Shown piece after piece: positions 18,502 to 28,421 of a stretch of DNA of 64,000 nucleotides. Positions within the stretch are counted from its first letter, which is position 1; the number at the start of each line of letters is the position of its first letter. Position numbers and translations under genes: made by a program. The stretch comes from Candidatus Latescibacterota bacterium. Its GTDB lineage: Bacteria > Latescibacterota > UBA2968 > GCA-2709665. The notes beneath the pieces are model-generated. The model ran no database searches and was not told the DNA's origin. It was given only the letters and a program-made list of their open reading frames with translations. The DNA lies in assembly GCA_965237675.1 (NCBI GenBank), contig OZ250150.1:1952001-2016000 (forward strand). The letters run 5' to 3'.

Positions 18502-19740
18502 TCATCCGACTTTTCCCGTCACCGCAGCATCCACGCACGTTTCCACCGGCCGGAATACCGGGTTGTATCCGTAGCCCGAGATGATATTCGCCAGTTTCGC
18601 CGAATTCGTCACCAGCGTTCGGTACTGAAACCGCTCCCGCAGCAGCCGGGCGTTCATAATATAGAAACAGACCCCGCTGAGGATCTTTCCGCCTGCCGTT
18701 TCCACGATTTCCGTGTACCCCATTCGATCCGCCAGCGTTTTGATCTGATAGTTGGTGGTCAGATAGAGCGTCGTGTTTGGGTGCACCCGCCTGCCCTTCA
18801 ACAGTTCGGTAATCGTTTGCAGCTGAAACAGGGACAGCTGCGGCGTGCCGCACACCACAAGGTCCACGGCTTCCTCTTCCGGCTGGAAGGAATCGTACGC
18901 TTCCTGGAGCATCCCTGGCGATACCACGATCGTCTCATCCGGTTTTCGACCCCCGTATGCCTCGTCCGCCGTCCGGGCTTCGGGCGTCACACCCACCATA
19001 TGGAACATCGCCAGCGACCCGAAACTGGCCAGCGCGGCCCCCAGATGTTTCAGATCGTCGATGGACGGCGCCACCTTCACGCCCTCAAATACCGGTACCT
19101 GCCAGTAGTCGCCCACCTGCCGCCCGACCACACAGCCAAGCGCCCCCCAATCGCTGTTCGACCGGGGCTGATCGGCCACCACCACGCGTACGGACCCCCA
19201 TCGCTTTTCAGGCAGATGGTACCCATAACGCGGAACCCGGCCGGTGAGCCCGGCCCAGACGGCCGCGGGCCCCGCCTCGAAATTGGACCTGGCGCCGGCA
19301 ACCGAGTTCGCAAAGATCACCGTGCCCGTATCGCCCCATCCCAGGTGTTCGCCGAACCTGGGAGGGTCCACGGTCTGATAATTGATGCAGGTGTTGCATG
19401 GGAGTGCGCCCATCGCCGTCAACGCATCCACGATGCGGCGCTCTTTGATCACCTCCTCCTCTTCCTGTCCCACCTCCCTCCAGAGCGAGAAATCCACACT
19501 TCTCGGATTGGTGGTGACCGGGACTCGGAAACGTCCGCCCCGCGCCGCTGTTTCTTCCAGAAACCGGAGCCCCGGATCCGCAAGTGCCTCGATATCAGCC
19601 ATCACGTGCACGGTTCGTACCGGCACGAAGTCAGCCGCACGAAAGAACGACCCCACCTTCATCTGTTTCGCCAGGGCCTCCCCCGCCGCTTCGCCCATCT
19701 CTCCGGCCAGCATCGCCTTCTCTTCTCGTGTCAGCTTCAT
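18502..19740 (-). CDS. Aconitase X catalytic (large) subunit, DUF521
   Basis: MKLTREEKAMLAGEMG, TCINY, FANSVAGARSN, MFHMVGVTPEA, GTPQLS. Confidence 0.9.
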   Translation of the reverse strand: MKLTREEKAMLAGEMGEAAGEALAKQMKVGSFFRAADFVPVRTVHVMADIEALADPGLRFLEETAARGGRFRVPVTTNPRSVDFSLWREVGQEEEEVIKERRIVDALTAMGALPCNTCINYQTVDPPRFGEHLGWGDTGTVIFANSVAGARSNFEAGPAAVWAGLTGRVPRYGYHLPEKRWGSVRVVVADQPRSNSDWGALGCVVGRQVGDYWQVPVFEGVKVAPSIDDLKHLGAALASFGSLAMFHMVGVTPEARTADEAYGGRKPDETIVVSPGMLQEAYDSFQPEEEAVDLVVCGTPQLSLFQLQTITELLKGRRVHPNTTLYLTTNYQIKTLADRMGYTEIVETAGGKILSGVCFYIMNARLLRERFQYRTLVTNSAKLANIISGYGYNPVFRPVETCVDAAVTGKVG

Positions 19741-19828
19741 GGGGGTCTCCGAAAACCTTCGACATTGCGGAAAAAGGAGAAAACACGCTTACAGTCGTCA
19801 GCGATTGCGAACAAGCGATCGGACGAGA

Positions 19829-19981
19829 CCTACCCCCTAACCCCCTTCCGGAGCGGAAGGGGGAACTCGGAACGGTTGAATCCATTTCGATGGACGAAAG
19901 AATCCAGGTGAAATATCGTAATCGGTCAAACCCTGGTTCTGCTCCCCCTCTCCCCGAGGGAGAGGGGGCCGGGGGGAGAGG
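19829..19981. repeat. Inverted pair of GC-rich palindromic REP-like elements
   Basis: CCTACCCCCTAACCCCCTTCCG-GAG-CGGAAGGGGG (19829-19863) and CCCCCTCTCCC-CGA-GGGAGAGGGGGCCGGGGGGAGAGG (19944-19981). Confidence 0.7.
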
Positions 19982-20093
19982 TCACGGCGCTGACGTCCGT
20001 GATTGACGGCGCCAGGCCCTATCGATGTCCGGTGGGGCGTGGTGTGGCCTTCTCCCGTCTCCCGTCTTACGTCTCCCCGTTTGCAGCTAACAG

Positions 20094-20633
20094 CTACTCA
20101 TCCAGGATCTTGACCATGTCGACGAGGTCGCAGGTCTCGCCGGAGTCCATCAGGACCCAGTCCGGGCGGCGCCCGGATTCGACGTAGCCGGCCTTTCGGT
20201 AGACGTGAATGCCGGCGGTATTGGCGGACCAGACGGTGAGGTACAGCCGCCGCGCGCCGAGTCGGCGGGATTCGCTCTCCAGGACTTGCATAAGGCGGGT
20301 GCCGATCCCCCTGCCGCGGGCGCGGGCGATGAGGGCGAGGCCGATGGTGCGGTAGTCGTGGCCGCCCATCAGGGTGAATCCCTCGCCCAGAAGGACGCCG
20401 CCCTGTTCGACCAGCAGATAACTCGTCCGGTTCCGTTTAATACCGATCAGCGCCTGAGACAATTCACGTCCGCCGGACACGGCGTCGAGTTCAAGGCGCC
20501 GGCACATGACTTTCTCCCGCGTGAGCGTGCGGTGCATGTCGATGAAGGCGTCCAGGTCGCGCCAGCGCGGATACCGGAAAGACGTTTCGGTCCCGTCAAT
20601 CAGGAAAGTGTCAACGACGTAGCCTTCTTGCAT
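20094..20633 (-). CDS. GNAT family N-acetyltransferase
   Basis: ARGRGIGTRLM acetyl-CoA motif, LTVWSAN..GIHVYRKAGY. Confidence 0.88.
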   Translation of the reverse strand: MQEGYVVDTFLIDGTETSFRYPRWRDLDAFIDMHRTLTREKVMCRRLELDAVSGGRELSQALIGIKRNRTSYLLVEQGGVLLGEGFTLMGGHDYRTIGLALIARARGRGIGTRLMQVLESESRRLGARRLYLTVWSANTAGIHVYRKAGYVESGRRPDWVLMDSGETCDLVDMVKILDE

Positions 20634-20749
20634 ACTGTATGACCGTGTTGTCGTGGTGGAACCGTGGTGTCGAGAGAATCCGGAGTAAAATAAGACATGG
20701 TCGGAAGGGGCGCAAGCCGGAGTGTCAACCGGAAATTTCGTTTTTGGGC

Positions 20750-20778
20750 TTGACGCCTTTGTTTTGGGGTGTTAAAAT
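20750..20778 (+). promoter_or_regulatory. sigma70 promoter with extended -10
   Basis: TTGACG - 17 bp - TAAAAT, with TG one base upstream of the -10. Confidence 0.6.
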
Positions 20779-21091
20779 GCAGCCCCTAAGCATAGAGGAG
20801 TGTCACGCTCAGATCAACGTGCGGTCGCGACGGATTTCTTTCGTTGGCACAGCGAGCCGGGTCAATACGCCTTTCGGACACCATAAAAACATGAAAATGG
20901 TCGGGTTGGCCGGAGGGTGGAGGTCCAACGATAAACGACAGGAATTCAACGGGTTGCCTCATAAGCCGGACGCCTTGCCGGTTTTGGGATGGGTGGTCTG
21001 ACCGCTGAAGGCCGGCAGCTTATTTTCAGACTTGGCCGCCGAATCAAAGAGCCATCGCGTTGTCCGTTCATCTGTGAAAAGGAGAAGGCGC

Positions 21092-22135
21092 ATGAAGACG
21101 TATCGAGTTGCGATTGTGGGGTTGGGAAGGATGGGCAGTACGATCGACGAGGAGGTGGTGGACTACCCCTCCATTCCGTTGCCGTATTCGGTGGCGGGTT
21201 CGTGCATCGCGAGCGAGCGATTGGAACTGGCGGCAGGATCGGATCTGGTGGCGGAGAAACGGCGGGCATTTGGCGAGAAGTGGGGGGTGTCGGCGTTATA
21301 CGAGAATTACCTGAAGATGATCGAGGTCGAACGGCCCGATATGGTGGCGGTGTGCACGAAAGGGGTCCTGCACGCCGAGATGGGGGTGGAGGTCGCCCGT
21401 GCGGGCGTACCGATGCTCTACCTGGAGAAGGCCATGGCGTGTTCGATGGCGGAAGCCGACGCGGTTCGGGATGCCTGCCACGAACATGGGACGGTGTTCA
21501 ATACTGGCGTGCTGCGGCGGTTTGACAATCGGTACCACGCGGCGAGGGCGCTGATAGCGCAGGGCGAAATCGGAGAGGTAACGGCTGCCGTACACTATGC
21601 CCGATCAAACCTGCTGCACGGGCACGTCCATTCGATGGATACGCTTTCGTATCTGCTCGGCGATCCGGAAATCGAGCGGGTGCGCGGCGAGCTCTTGCCA
21701 CGAGACATGGTCATTGAAGACAACCGTCTGGATCATGATCCGATGTCCCGTTATCAACTGGAATTTGAAAACGGCGTTGAAGCCTGGACCATTCCGGCGG
21801 GTCACTGGGAGTTTGAGGTCGTGGGCGCTGAAGGTGCGGTCCGTTCGCGCAACAACGGGGTGGGGTGGGAATTGCGCAAGACGGGCGCCCCTCGCGGGCG
21901 ATACCGGTTCGTCGAGGCGGCGGAATTTCCGGAAGTGGAACCCCGAAGTGCCGTGGTGGCATGTCTGGAGGATCTGGTGGGAGGGTTTGAATCAGGGGAG
22001 CCGTCGCTGGGCAACGTTGACGTAACCCACCACGTAACGGAAGCCTGTTTCGCCGTGGCCGAGAGCCACCGCCGGAACGGGGCCTGGGTAGAGCCGTCCG
22101 AAGTGGATCGGGATCTATACATCTTTCATGTGTAA
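21092..22135 (+). CDS. Gfo/Idh/MocA family oxidoreductase
   Basis: VAIVGLGRMG, LEKAMA; AAGGAG RBS before ATG 21092. Confidence 0.9.
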   Translation: MKTYRVAIVGLGRMGSTIDEEVVDYPSIPLPYSVAGSCIASERLELAAGSDLVAEKRRAFGEKWGVSALYENYLKMIEVERPDMVAVCTKGVLHAEMGVEVARAGVPMLYLEKAMACSMAEADAVRDACHEHGTVFNTGVLRRFDNRYHAARALIAQGEIGEVTAAVHYARSNLLHGHVHSMDTLSYLLGDPEIERVRGELLPRDMVIEDNRLDHDPMSRYQLEFENGVEAWTIPAGHWEFEVVGAEGAVRSRNNGVGWELRKTGAPRGRYRFVEAAEFPEVEPRSAVVACLEDLVGGFESGEPSLGNVDVTHHVTEACFAVAESHRRNGAWVEPSEVDRDLYIFHV

Positions 22136-22163
22136 ACAGGGCACGGTTCACCGTGTCTTTACC

Positions 22164-22332
22164 AGAAGTGGTTTTAAAATCCCCGGTGCGTTCCCGAGCG
22201 GGAGCGAAAAGGTGTCGGTTATGAGGCGCGAGGGGCGCGCAGCCTCGACCAAAAATACGGTTGGTTTTGACCAACGCAGACCGACGCCTTTGCAGCCGTG
22301 CGAAGACCGCTGGGGATTTTAAGACAGCTTCT
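22164..22332. mobile_element. 169-bp MITE-like element
   Basis: Terminal inverted repeats AGAAGTGGTTTTAAAATCCCC / GGGGATTTTAAGACAGCTTCT (18/21); no convincing coding capacity. Confidence 0.7.
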
Positions 22333-22346
22333 ATGGACGAGGGTCT

Positions 22347-23474
22347 ATGAAGATCGCGCCACTGATATCTCCGGATGAATTCGTGGGGCTGGAAGGGATC
22401 ACCCATTTATGTACAGGAGGAGAAAGCCCCTGGCTGAAGGCGCAACAGGCGGTCTATACCGAGTTCGCGCGCCTCAAGAGCGGAGGATATGACGGGCGGG
22501 GCGAGATTTATGAGGTGGGTAACCGGTGTCGGGGCCGTCTGAGCGAACTCTGGGGCGTGCCCGCGGAACGCATTGCATTCGTGCCGTCGGCGGCGGAGGG
22601 GATAAACTGGCTGGCACGGGGGTTGGATTGGCGGGCCGGGGATAACGTGGTGACGACGAATCTGGAGTTCCCGTCGGTGGCGTACGCGTGGAAGCAACTG
22701 GATCGCCTGGGCGTGGAGGTGAGGATGGTGCCGCACAGAGACTGGTTCGTCCACGAGGCGGATTTGCTGGCGGCGGTGGACGATCGCACGCGGGTGCTGG
22801 CCGTCAGCCAGGTGAGTTTCTACACGGGGCAGAATCTGGACGTGGAACGGCTCTCCGAGGGGACGCGGGGCAGGGGGGTGCTGCTGGCGGTTGACGCGAC
22901 CCATGCGTCCGGGGTGGTGTGGGTCGATGCCGGGTTGGCGGATCTGACGGTGAGCAGCAGTTACAAATGGATGCTGGCGACGCACGGTGTGGCGCCGTGT
23001 TACGTGAGCGAGCGGGCTGAGGATCAGATCGGGACGACGTGCTATGGCTGGCGGAATCTGGCGGTGTGGCCGGCCCAGCGCGCCGAGCGCCATCCCGATG
23101 TGGATGAGAAACCGATGCCTGACCGGATGGAGCCGGGAAACCCCGCGATGATGGTGGTGATGCACCTGGACAAGGCGCTGGAGGTTTTGCAGGACGTGGG
23201 TATGGATCGGATCGATACGCATGCGCGCGATCTGTCGGAGCAGGTGAGCGCCGGTCTGGAGCGGCTCGGGTTACCCGTGATCAGCCCACAGGATCGCCGG
23301 GCGCGTTCGGGCAATACATGCTTTTCGGTCGACGACGCGAAGGGGCTGGAAATGCGCCTGGCCGCGAAAGGGGTACTGTGCTGGGGCGAATACGGCCGGC
23401 TGCGCGTGTCCACGCATCTGTACAACGGCAGCGCGGACGTCGACAGGCTTCTGGAAGTCCTTGCCGCGTTGTGA
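22347..23474 (+). CDS. Class V PLP-dependent aminotransferase
   Basis: LEFPS, VDATH, SSYKW (PLP lysine), LRVSTHLYN. Confidence 0.9.
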   Translation: MKIAPLISPDEFVGLEGITHLCTGGESPWLKAQQAVYTEFARLKSGGYDGRGEIYEVGNRCRGRLSELWGVPAERIAFVPSAAEGINWLARGLDWRAGDNVVTTNLEFPSVAYAWKQLDRLGVEVRMVPHRDWFVHEADLLAAVDDRTRVLAVSQVSFYTGQNLDVERLSEGTRGRGVLLAVDATHASGVVWVDAGLADLTVSSSYKWMLATHGVAPCYVSERAEDQIGTTCYGWRNLAVWPAQRAERHPDVDEKPMPDRMEPGNPAMMVVMHLDKALEVLQDVGMDRIDTHARDLSEQVSAGLERLGLPVISPQDRRARSGNTCFSVDDAKGLEMRLAAKGVLCWGEYGRLRVSTHLYNGSADVDRLLEVLAAL

Positions 23475-23529
23475 GTTGCTGGCGGTCGAAGACGGGCGGT
23501 TCGCCGGCTTTTTCGAGGAGAATCACAGG

Positions 23530-24360
23530 ATGATCAAATTGGGCTGTATGTCGCTCAGCTACAAGGATCAATTTGCGAACGGAGAGATAGACCTGGCCGG
23601 GTTTATCAACCGGGCGCATGAACTGCGGCTGGATGGGATCGATATTCATACGCGGGCGTTTGCGTCCACGGAGCCGGCGTATCTGCGGGATATCAGGATG
23701 CGATGCCTGAAGCGCGGACTGGCGATTTCCTATATCGGGGTGAGCAACGATTTCGGCAGGACGGGGCCCGAGCTTGCCAGCGCGGTTGAAGAGGTGAAAT
23801 CGTGGGTGGATGTGGCTGCTTTCATGGGTGTGCCCCTGGTGCGGATTTTTGCGGCGTGGGTGCGTGGCGCTGCGTCGGAAGAGGAGGTGTGGGCACGGAT
23901 GATGCCTTGTATGCGGGAGGTGGCCGAATATGGCGAGAATAAGGGAGTCGTCCTGGGTCTGCACAACCACAACCACGGGTGTGTGACCCGTACGGGAAAG
24001 GATGTGCGCCGCATCATCGAGACGGTGGACAATGCATATCTCTCGCATATTCTTGATACCGGTCAGTACGTGGGGTCGCCGGGGGCAAGCGGCGCAAACG
24101 GGCGGGAAGACCCGGCGTTGGATTTTTACGGGAGCATCGCGGAGACGGCGCCGATGGCCGTGCACGTGCGGGCGAAGATTTACAGGATTCAGACCGGTGA
24201 GGAGGCCTGGCTGGACTATCCCAGGATTTTCGAGATCCTGAGGGGCGTGGACTATAACGGTTGGGTTTCAGTGGTCTACGAAGGTCAGGCCGTAGAAGCG
24301 GAGGAGACGGCTGTTCCCAGGGCGGTCGATTATCTCAGACGGTTTGTTCCGGGCGGTTGA
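23530..24360 (+). CDS. Sugar-phosphate isomerase/epimerase (xylose isomerase-like TIM barrel)
   Basis: LHNHNH, LDTG, HVRAK, YNGWVSVVYE. Confidence 0.85.
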   Translation: MIKLGCMSLSYKDQFANGEIDLAGFINRAHELRLDGIDIHTRAFASTEPAYLRDIRMRCLKRGLAISYIGVSNDFGRTGPELASAVEEVKSWVDVAAFMGVPLVRIFAAWVRGAASEEEVWARMMPCMREVAEYGENKGVVLGLHNHNHGCVTRTGKDVRRIIETVDNAYLSHILDTGQYVGSPGASGANGREDPALDFYGSIAETAPMAVHVRAKIYRIQTGEEAWLDYPRIFEILRGVDYNGWVSVVYEGQAVEAEETAVPRAVDYLRRFVPGG

Positions 24361-24505
24361 AGCGCCCCGGACCCCAATTTCCCCACCTTATTTACGCGCT
24401 GATGTTGCGGAAGACAAACGCATGGGATTTGGCGGAGCGATATTGAGACAGAGGCGATGACCGAAATATCAACGATCTGCCGGTTTCGTCCAGGGGACCG
24501 GGAAC

Positions 24506-26506
24506 ATGGCTCAAGCGCGTCTTAAAGATCACGAGAACGGTTTGAAAGACCCCGGGTCCGCGCGAAACGGTATAACCGCACGGTCCGTGGTTCTGGGTCT
24601 GTTGACGGCGGCCTTATCGGCCTACTACGGGATTGCCGGGTCGATGGTGCTGCACGTGGGGTCGCTGGTAAAGTCGAATTTTCCGGTGTCGTTGATCCTG
24701 GTGTTTACGATCTGGGTGACCATCAATATGGCGATCGCCCGGGTTGCGCCCCGGAGCGTGCTTTCCCGCACCGAGATGATGGTCATCTTCGCCATGGCGT
24801 GGATTGCGGGAATGATGCCCGGTGTGGGCTGGACCGGATATATGACCGGTGCGCTGCCCGCGCCGCATTTCTTCGCGACGCCCGAGAACCGTTGGGCGGA
24901 CCTGTTCCTCGACGAGTTGCCTCACTGGGCGTTTCCCGAGCCGGTGCCGGAAATCGTCGATCGGTTCTATTTCGGCCTGCGAAAAGGGGAGTCGGTTCCG
25001 TGGTCCGGGTGGTTGGCGCCGGTGGGCTGGTGGCTGGTGGGTAGTCTGGCCATGGTGGGCGTGGCGTTTTTCGTAACGACGATCTTTCACCGTCAATGGG
25101 CCGACGCGGAGCGGTTGACCTATCCGCTGGTGAGTTTCCCCGCGGACCTGACCGAGGGGATCGGGCGCGGTCGTTGCATTCCTCTCCTCTTTCGTTCTCC
25201 GGTGTTCTGGCTGGGTTTCGCCTGGACGGCGGGCATCATCTGCTGGAACATCATCACGTTCTGGTATCCCCAGGTGCCGCGCGTCACGCTGTTCGATTCG
25301 GTAAACACCAAGTGGATGGTGGTCGCGCAGAATTTCCCACCCGTCTACTATCGGGTTCTTCCGCTGGTGATCGGCCTGGGGTATCTGTGCCGACTGGATC
25401 TGCTGTTCAGTTTCTGGTTTATGGGTTTGCTGGCGGTGGTGAAGGTCGGTGTGATGAATCGGACCGGGTTCACGGTGGGCCTTGCGGGACAGCCTTCAAC
25501 CGGTAATGAAATCGTCAATCTGGAAAGCCACGGGGCGATGACGGTCCTGGTCGTGTGGTCCATCTGGATGGCCAGGCGCCACCTCGCTTACGTATGGAAG
25601 AAGACCTGGGAAGGAGGGGATGCGGGAGAGGGTCCGGTGTCCTATCGGACCGCGGTGGCGGGGCTTGCGATTTGCGCGAGTTTTATCTGCGGATTCTTTA
25701 TGGCGGTGGGCCTCTCATTCAGCCTTGCCCTGGGACAGATGACGTTGATGTTCATTGCGTATTTCACGGTTGCGAAATACATGGCGGCAACGGGGTTCGG
25801 ATATCTCGTGCCCGTGGGCGGTAAGGGCGGATGGTGGCTGAAGTCCATCACGGGCACCGCGACAATGGATACCCGCAACCTGGTGGGAATGGGGCTCTTG
25901 AACAGCAGCATCTTTTTTGGAGGGGGTCGACTGCAGACCATTCAGATGTTGCCCCATCATCTGAAGGCGATGGACCACCTGAAAACCCGCCGGGGCCGGA
26001 TTGGCGGGACGGTTTTTATCGGATTCGTGGTCAGTTTTCTGGTTTGCGTCGGCGCGATCATCTACTACTGTTACACGGAGTCCGCGCTGTTTCTGCGGTC
26101 GTGGACATTGTGGGAGGGGCCGCATGGCATATTCAACGGGCTGGCAACCTCCATCGGTGAGACCGACAGGACCGTGTTCGATCCGCAGAAGCTGGGTGTC
26201 TGGCTGTTCGGGGCGGCCGAGGCGGGCCTGCTGGCGATGTTGCGGACCTGGTTTCCATGGTGGCCGCTGCACCCGCTGGGCCTGGCGTTCCAGTATACAA
26301 CCGGCCCGAGATATTATGTGTTTAGCATCATGATGGTGTGGGCGGCGAAGCTGCTGATCGTGCACTACGGGGGCCCCCGGATGTACGAGAAGGCGAAGCC
26401 GTTTTTCTACGGAACGGTGATCGGCTATTGCGTTGGAATCGGCATTGCGCAGGTGATCGATTTGATCTGGTTTCCGGGGCACGGGCACGGGTTTCACAAT
26501 TATTAG
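24506..26506 (+). CDS. DUF6785/DUF6784-type polytopic membrane protein, putative transporter
   Basis: ITARSVVLG, QWADAERLTYPL, WWPLHPLG, many TM helices. Confidence 0.75.
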   Translation: MAQARLKDHENGLKDPGSARNGITARSVVLGLLTAALSAYYGIAGSMVLHVGSLVKSNFPVSLILVFTIWVTINMAIARVAPRSVLSRTEMMVIFAMAWIAGMMPGVGWTGYMTGALPAPHFFATPENRWADLFLDELPHWAFPEPVPEIVDRFYFGLRKGESVPWSGWLAPVGWWLVGSLAMVGVAFFVTTIFHRQWADAERLTYPLVSFPADLTEGIGRGRCIPLLFRSPVFWLGFAWTAGIICWNIITFWYPQVPRVTLFDSVNTKWMVVAQNFPPVYYRVLPLVIGLGYLCRLDLLFSFWFMGLLAVVKVGVMNRTGFTVGLAGQPSTGNEIVNLESHGAMTVLVVWSIWMARRHLAYVWKKTWEGGDAGEGPVSYRTAVAGLAICASFICGFFMAVGLSFSLALGQMTLMFIAYFTVAKYMAATGFGYLVPVGGKGGWWLKSITGTATMDTRNLVGMGLLNSSIFFGGGRLQTIQMLPHHLKAMDHLKTRRGRIGGTVFIGFVVSFLVCVGAIIYYCYTESALFLRSWTLWEGPHGIFNGLATSIGETDRTVFDPQKLGVWLFGAAEAGLLAMLRTWFPWWPLHPLGLAFQYTTGPRYYVFSIMMVWAAKLLIVHYGGPRMYEKAKPFFYGTVIGYCVGIGIAQVIDLIWFPGHGHGFHNY

Positions 26507-26953
26507 AGTTCTGAACCCAAAATAGATCGCCGAAATTTGGCCGACGAGAAGCAGGAACAGCAGCTATTAGCCATCGGCGGTCAGCCGTCAGCTAAGAGCG
26601 AAAACTAAATTCAACATCCACATCTCCCCTAATTCCCTGCCTACGGCGTGTTCCTTTTGAAGCGACCAAAAGGAACCAAAAGTCGCCGCTGGGCGCGGGG
26701 CCTGCCATATGCACAGCGCGAATCACGCCGCAGACGCACCGGGTACTCTGCCCTGCTAACCTCGCAGGTACTCCAATCTTCAGCGCTGGACGGAATAGCG
26801 CGCTCTGCTCTGTTAGTCCTCTGGAAAGGCGTTTTAATCGTAAATTTCATTGAGTTTCTCACCAGCGAGGAGCAATCAGTTGTCGACAGACACCCAATAT
26901 TGGTTAGCAATACTGCCGCGTGATGCCTATCGCCGATGACTGCGCCTTCACGA

Positions 26954-27059
26954 GGGCAACCACAAGGGTTGCCCCTACAAATCCGCCGATGGCCGCGTAA
27001 CACGGCGATAAGAATACCACTGATGGCCGTTTGGTGTAGGGGCGGTTCGCGAACCGCCC
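26954..27059. repeat. GTAG-type REP-like palindromes
   Basis: GGGCAACCACAAGGGTTGCCCCTAC (26954-26978) and GTAGGGGCGGTTCGCGAACCGCCC (27036-27059). Confidence 0.75.
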
Positions 27060-27394
27060 GCTCTTCCTCTTCCGCGCGGCAAAAGCACGAACCTACAAAA
27101 TGGTCTTTCGCAGTCTACCTAAAGTGCGCACGGTTGTGGCGTGGGGGGTTTTTTCCACGTTATTTCGTCCAGCATTGAAACGCCTCTGTGCCGTTTTGGT
27201 ACGTAGGGCACAATCGCTAGTCTACGCCACTGCAGAGATTCGTGGAAAAACCGACCCCGCGCCGAGCGGCGCCCTTCTTTTTCGCCCTTTTTCTTGGGCG
27301 ATGCAAGAAAAAGGGCAAGGGAATAGGGGACGTTATGGGGGTGGTGAAATTCTAACTGGTGAGTGTCTAAACGCAACCTGGAGGATGTTGACAG

Positions 27395-28369
27395 ATGAAG
27401 GTCTTATATCTGAGTGTGGAGGACATGCTGCAGCCGTGGTACGACGACTTCAGGACGGCGGTCGGCGGACGCCATTCCGTGTACCTGTACGATCCGGCGA
27501 AACCCATGGCCGGGCAGTTTGCGGACGTGGAGGTCGTCGTGGATCAGGGCGGTTCGGTGGGTACGCGGGCCCTGATCGACGCCGCGCTGGCTGCCCGCGT
27601 CAAGCTGTGGCACGTGCTGGGCACGGGGGTCGATCACGTGGACGTGGCGTATTTTCTTGAAAAAGGGCTGGCGCTCGCCAATACGCCGGGTCCGTTCAGC
27701 GCGGTGGCGCTGGCGGAGCATGCGATGTTTCTGATGCTGTATTTCGCGAAGCGGTTCGATGAGCACGTGGCAAACCTCCGGTCGTGCGTGTTCTACCTTC
27801 CGCTAAGCGAGGAACTTTCGGGAAAAACGCTCGGATTGGTGGGGTTGGGCGCGAGCGGGCAGGCGCTGGCGGCGAGGGCGAAAGCGATGGGCATGCGGAT
27901 TGTGGCCGTCGACGCGGCGGCGATCCCGCGGGAAAGGCTGAAAGAACTGGGCGTGGAGGTGTTTGTGGGTCCGTCCAAGTTGAAAACAGTGCTCGCGCAG
28001 GCGGACTACGTGTCGCTGCACGTGCCATTGACGTCCAAAACACGCCACCTGATCGATCGAAAGGCGTTGGAGACGATGAAGACGACGGCGGTACTGATCA
28101 ACGTGGCAAGAGGAGAAATCGCGGATGAGGCCGCGCTGGTCGAGGCGTTGGAAAGCGGGTGGATCAGGGGCGCCGGGCTGGATGTGTTTGCCGAGGAGCC
28201 GCTGCCTCCGGACCATCCGCTGCTGCAAATGCCGAATGTGGTGGCCACACCGCATACCGCGGGCCAGACGTACGGTACATCGAGACGGCGCGGGGAGGCC
28301 TGCGCGGAGAATGTGGAGCGGGTTGCGCGGGGACTGGTGCCGCTGTATCGAATTACAGAGGTGGGATGA
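27395..28369 (+). CDS. D-isomer-specific 2-hydroxyacid dehydrogenase (SerA-like)
   Basis: GLGASG, SLHVPLT, LINVARG, AGLDVF..EP, ATPHTAG. Confidence 0.92.
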   Translation: MKVLYLSVEDMLQPWYDDFRTAVGGRHSVYLYDPAKPMAGQFADVEVVVDQGGSVGTRALIDAALAARVKLWHVLGTGVDHVDVAYFLEKGLALANTPGPFSAVALAEHAMFLMLYFAKRFDEHVANLRSCVFYLPLSEELSGKTLGLVGLGASGQALAARAKAMGMRIVAVDAAAIPRERLKELGVEVFVGPSKLKTVLAQADYVSLHVPLTSKTRHLIDRKALETMKTTAVLINVARGEIADEAALVEALESGWIRGAGLDVFAEEPLPPDHPLLQMPNVVATPHTAGQTYGTSRRRGEACAENVERVARGLVPLYRITEVG

Positions 28370-28421
28370 GCAGGGGTCCCGCCAAAGCAGTACCTCCCGT
28401 GCATCGAACAGGGAATATGAG

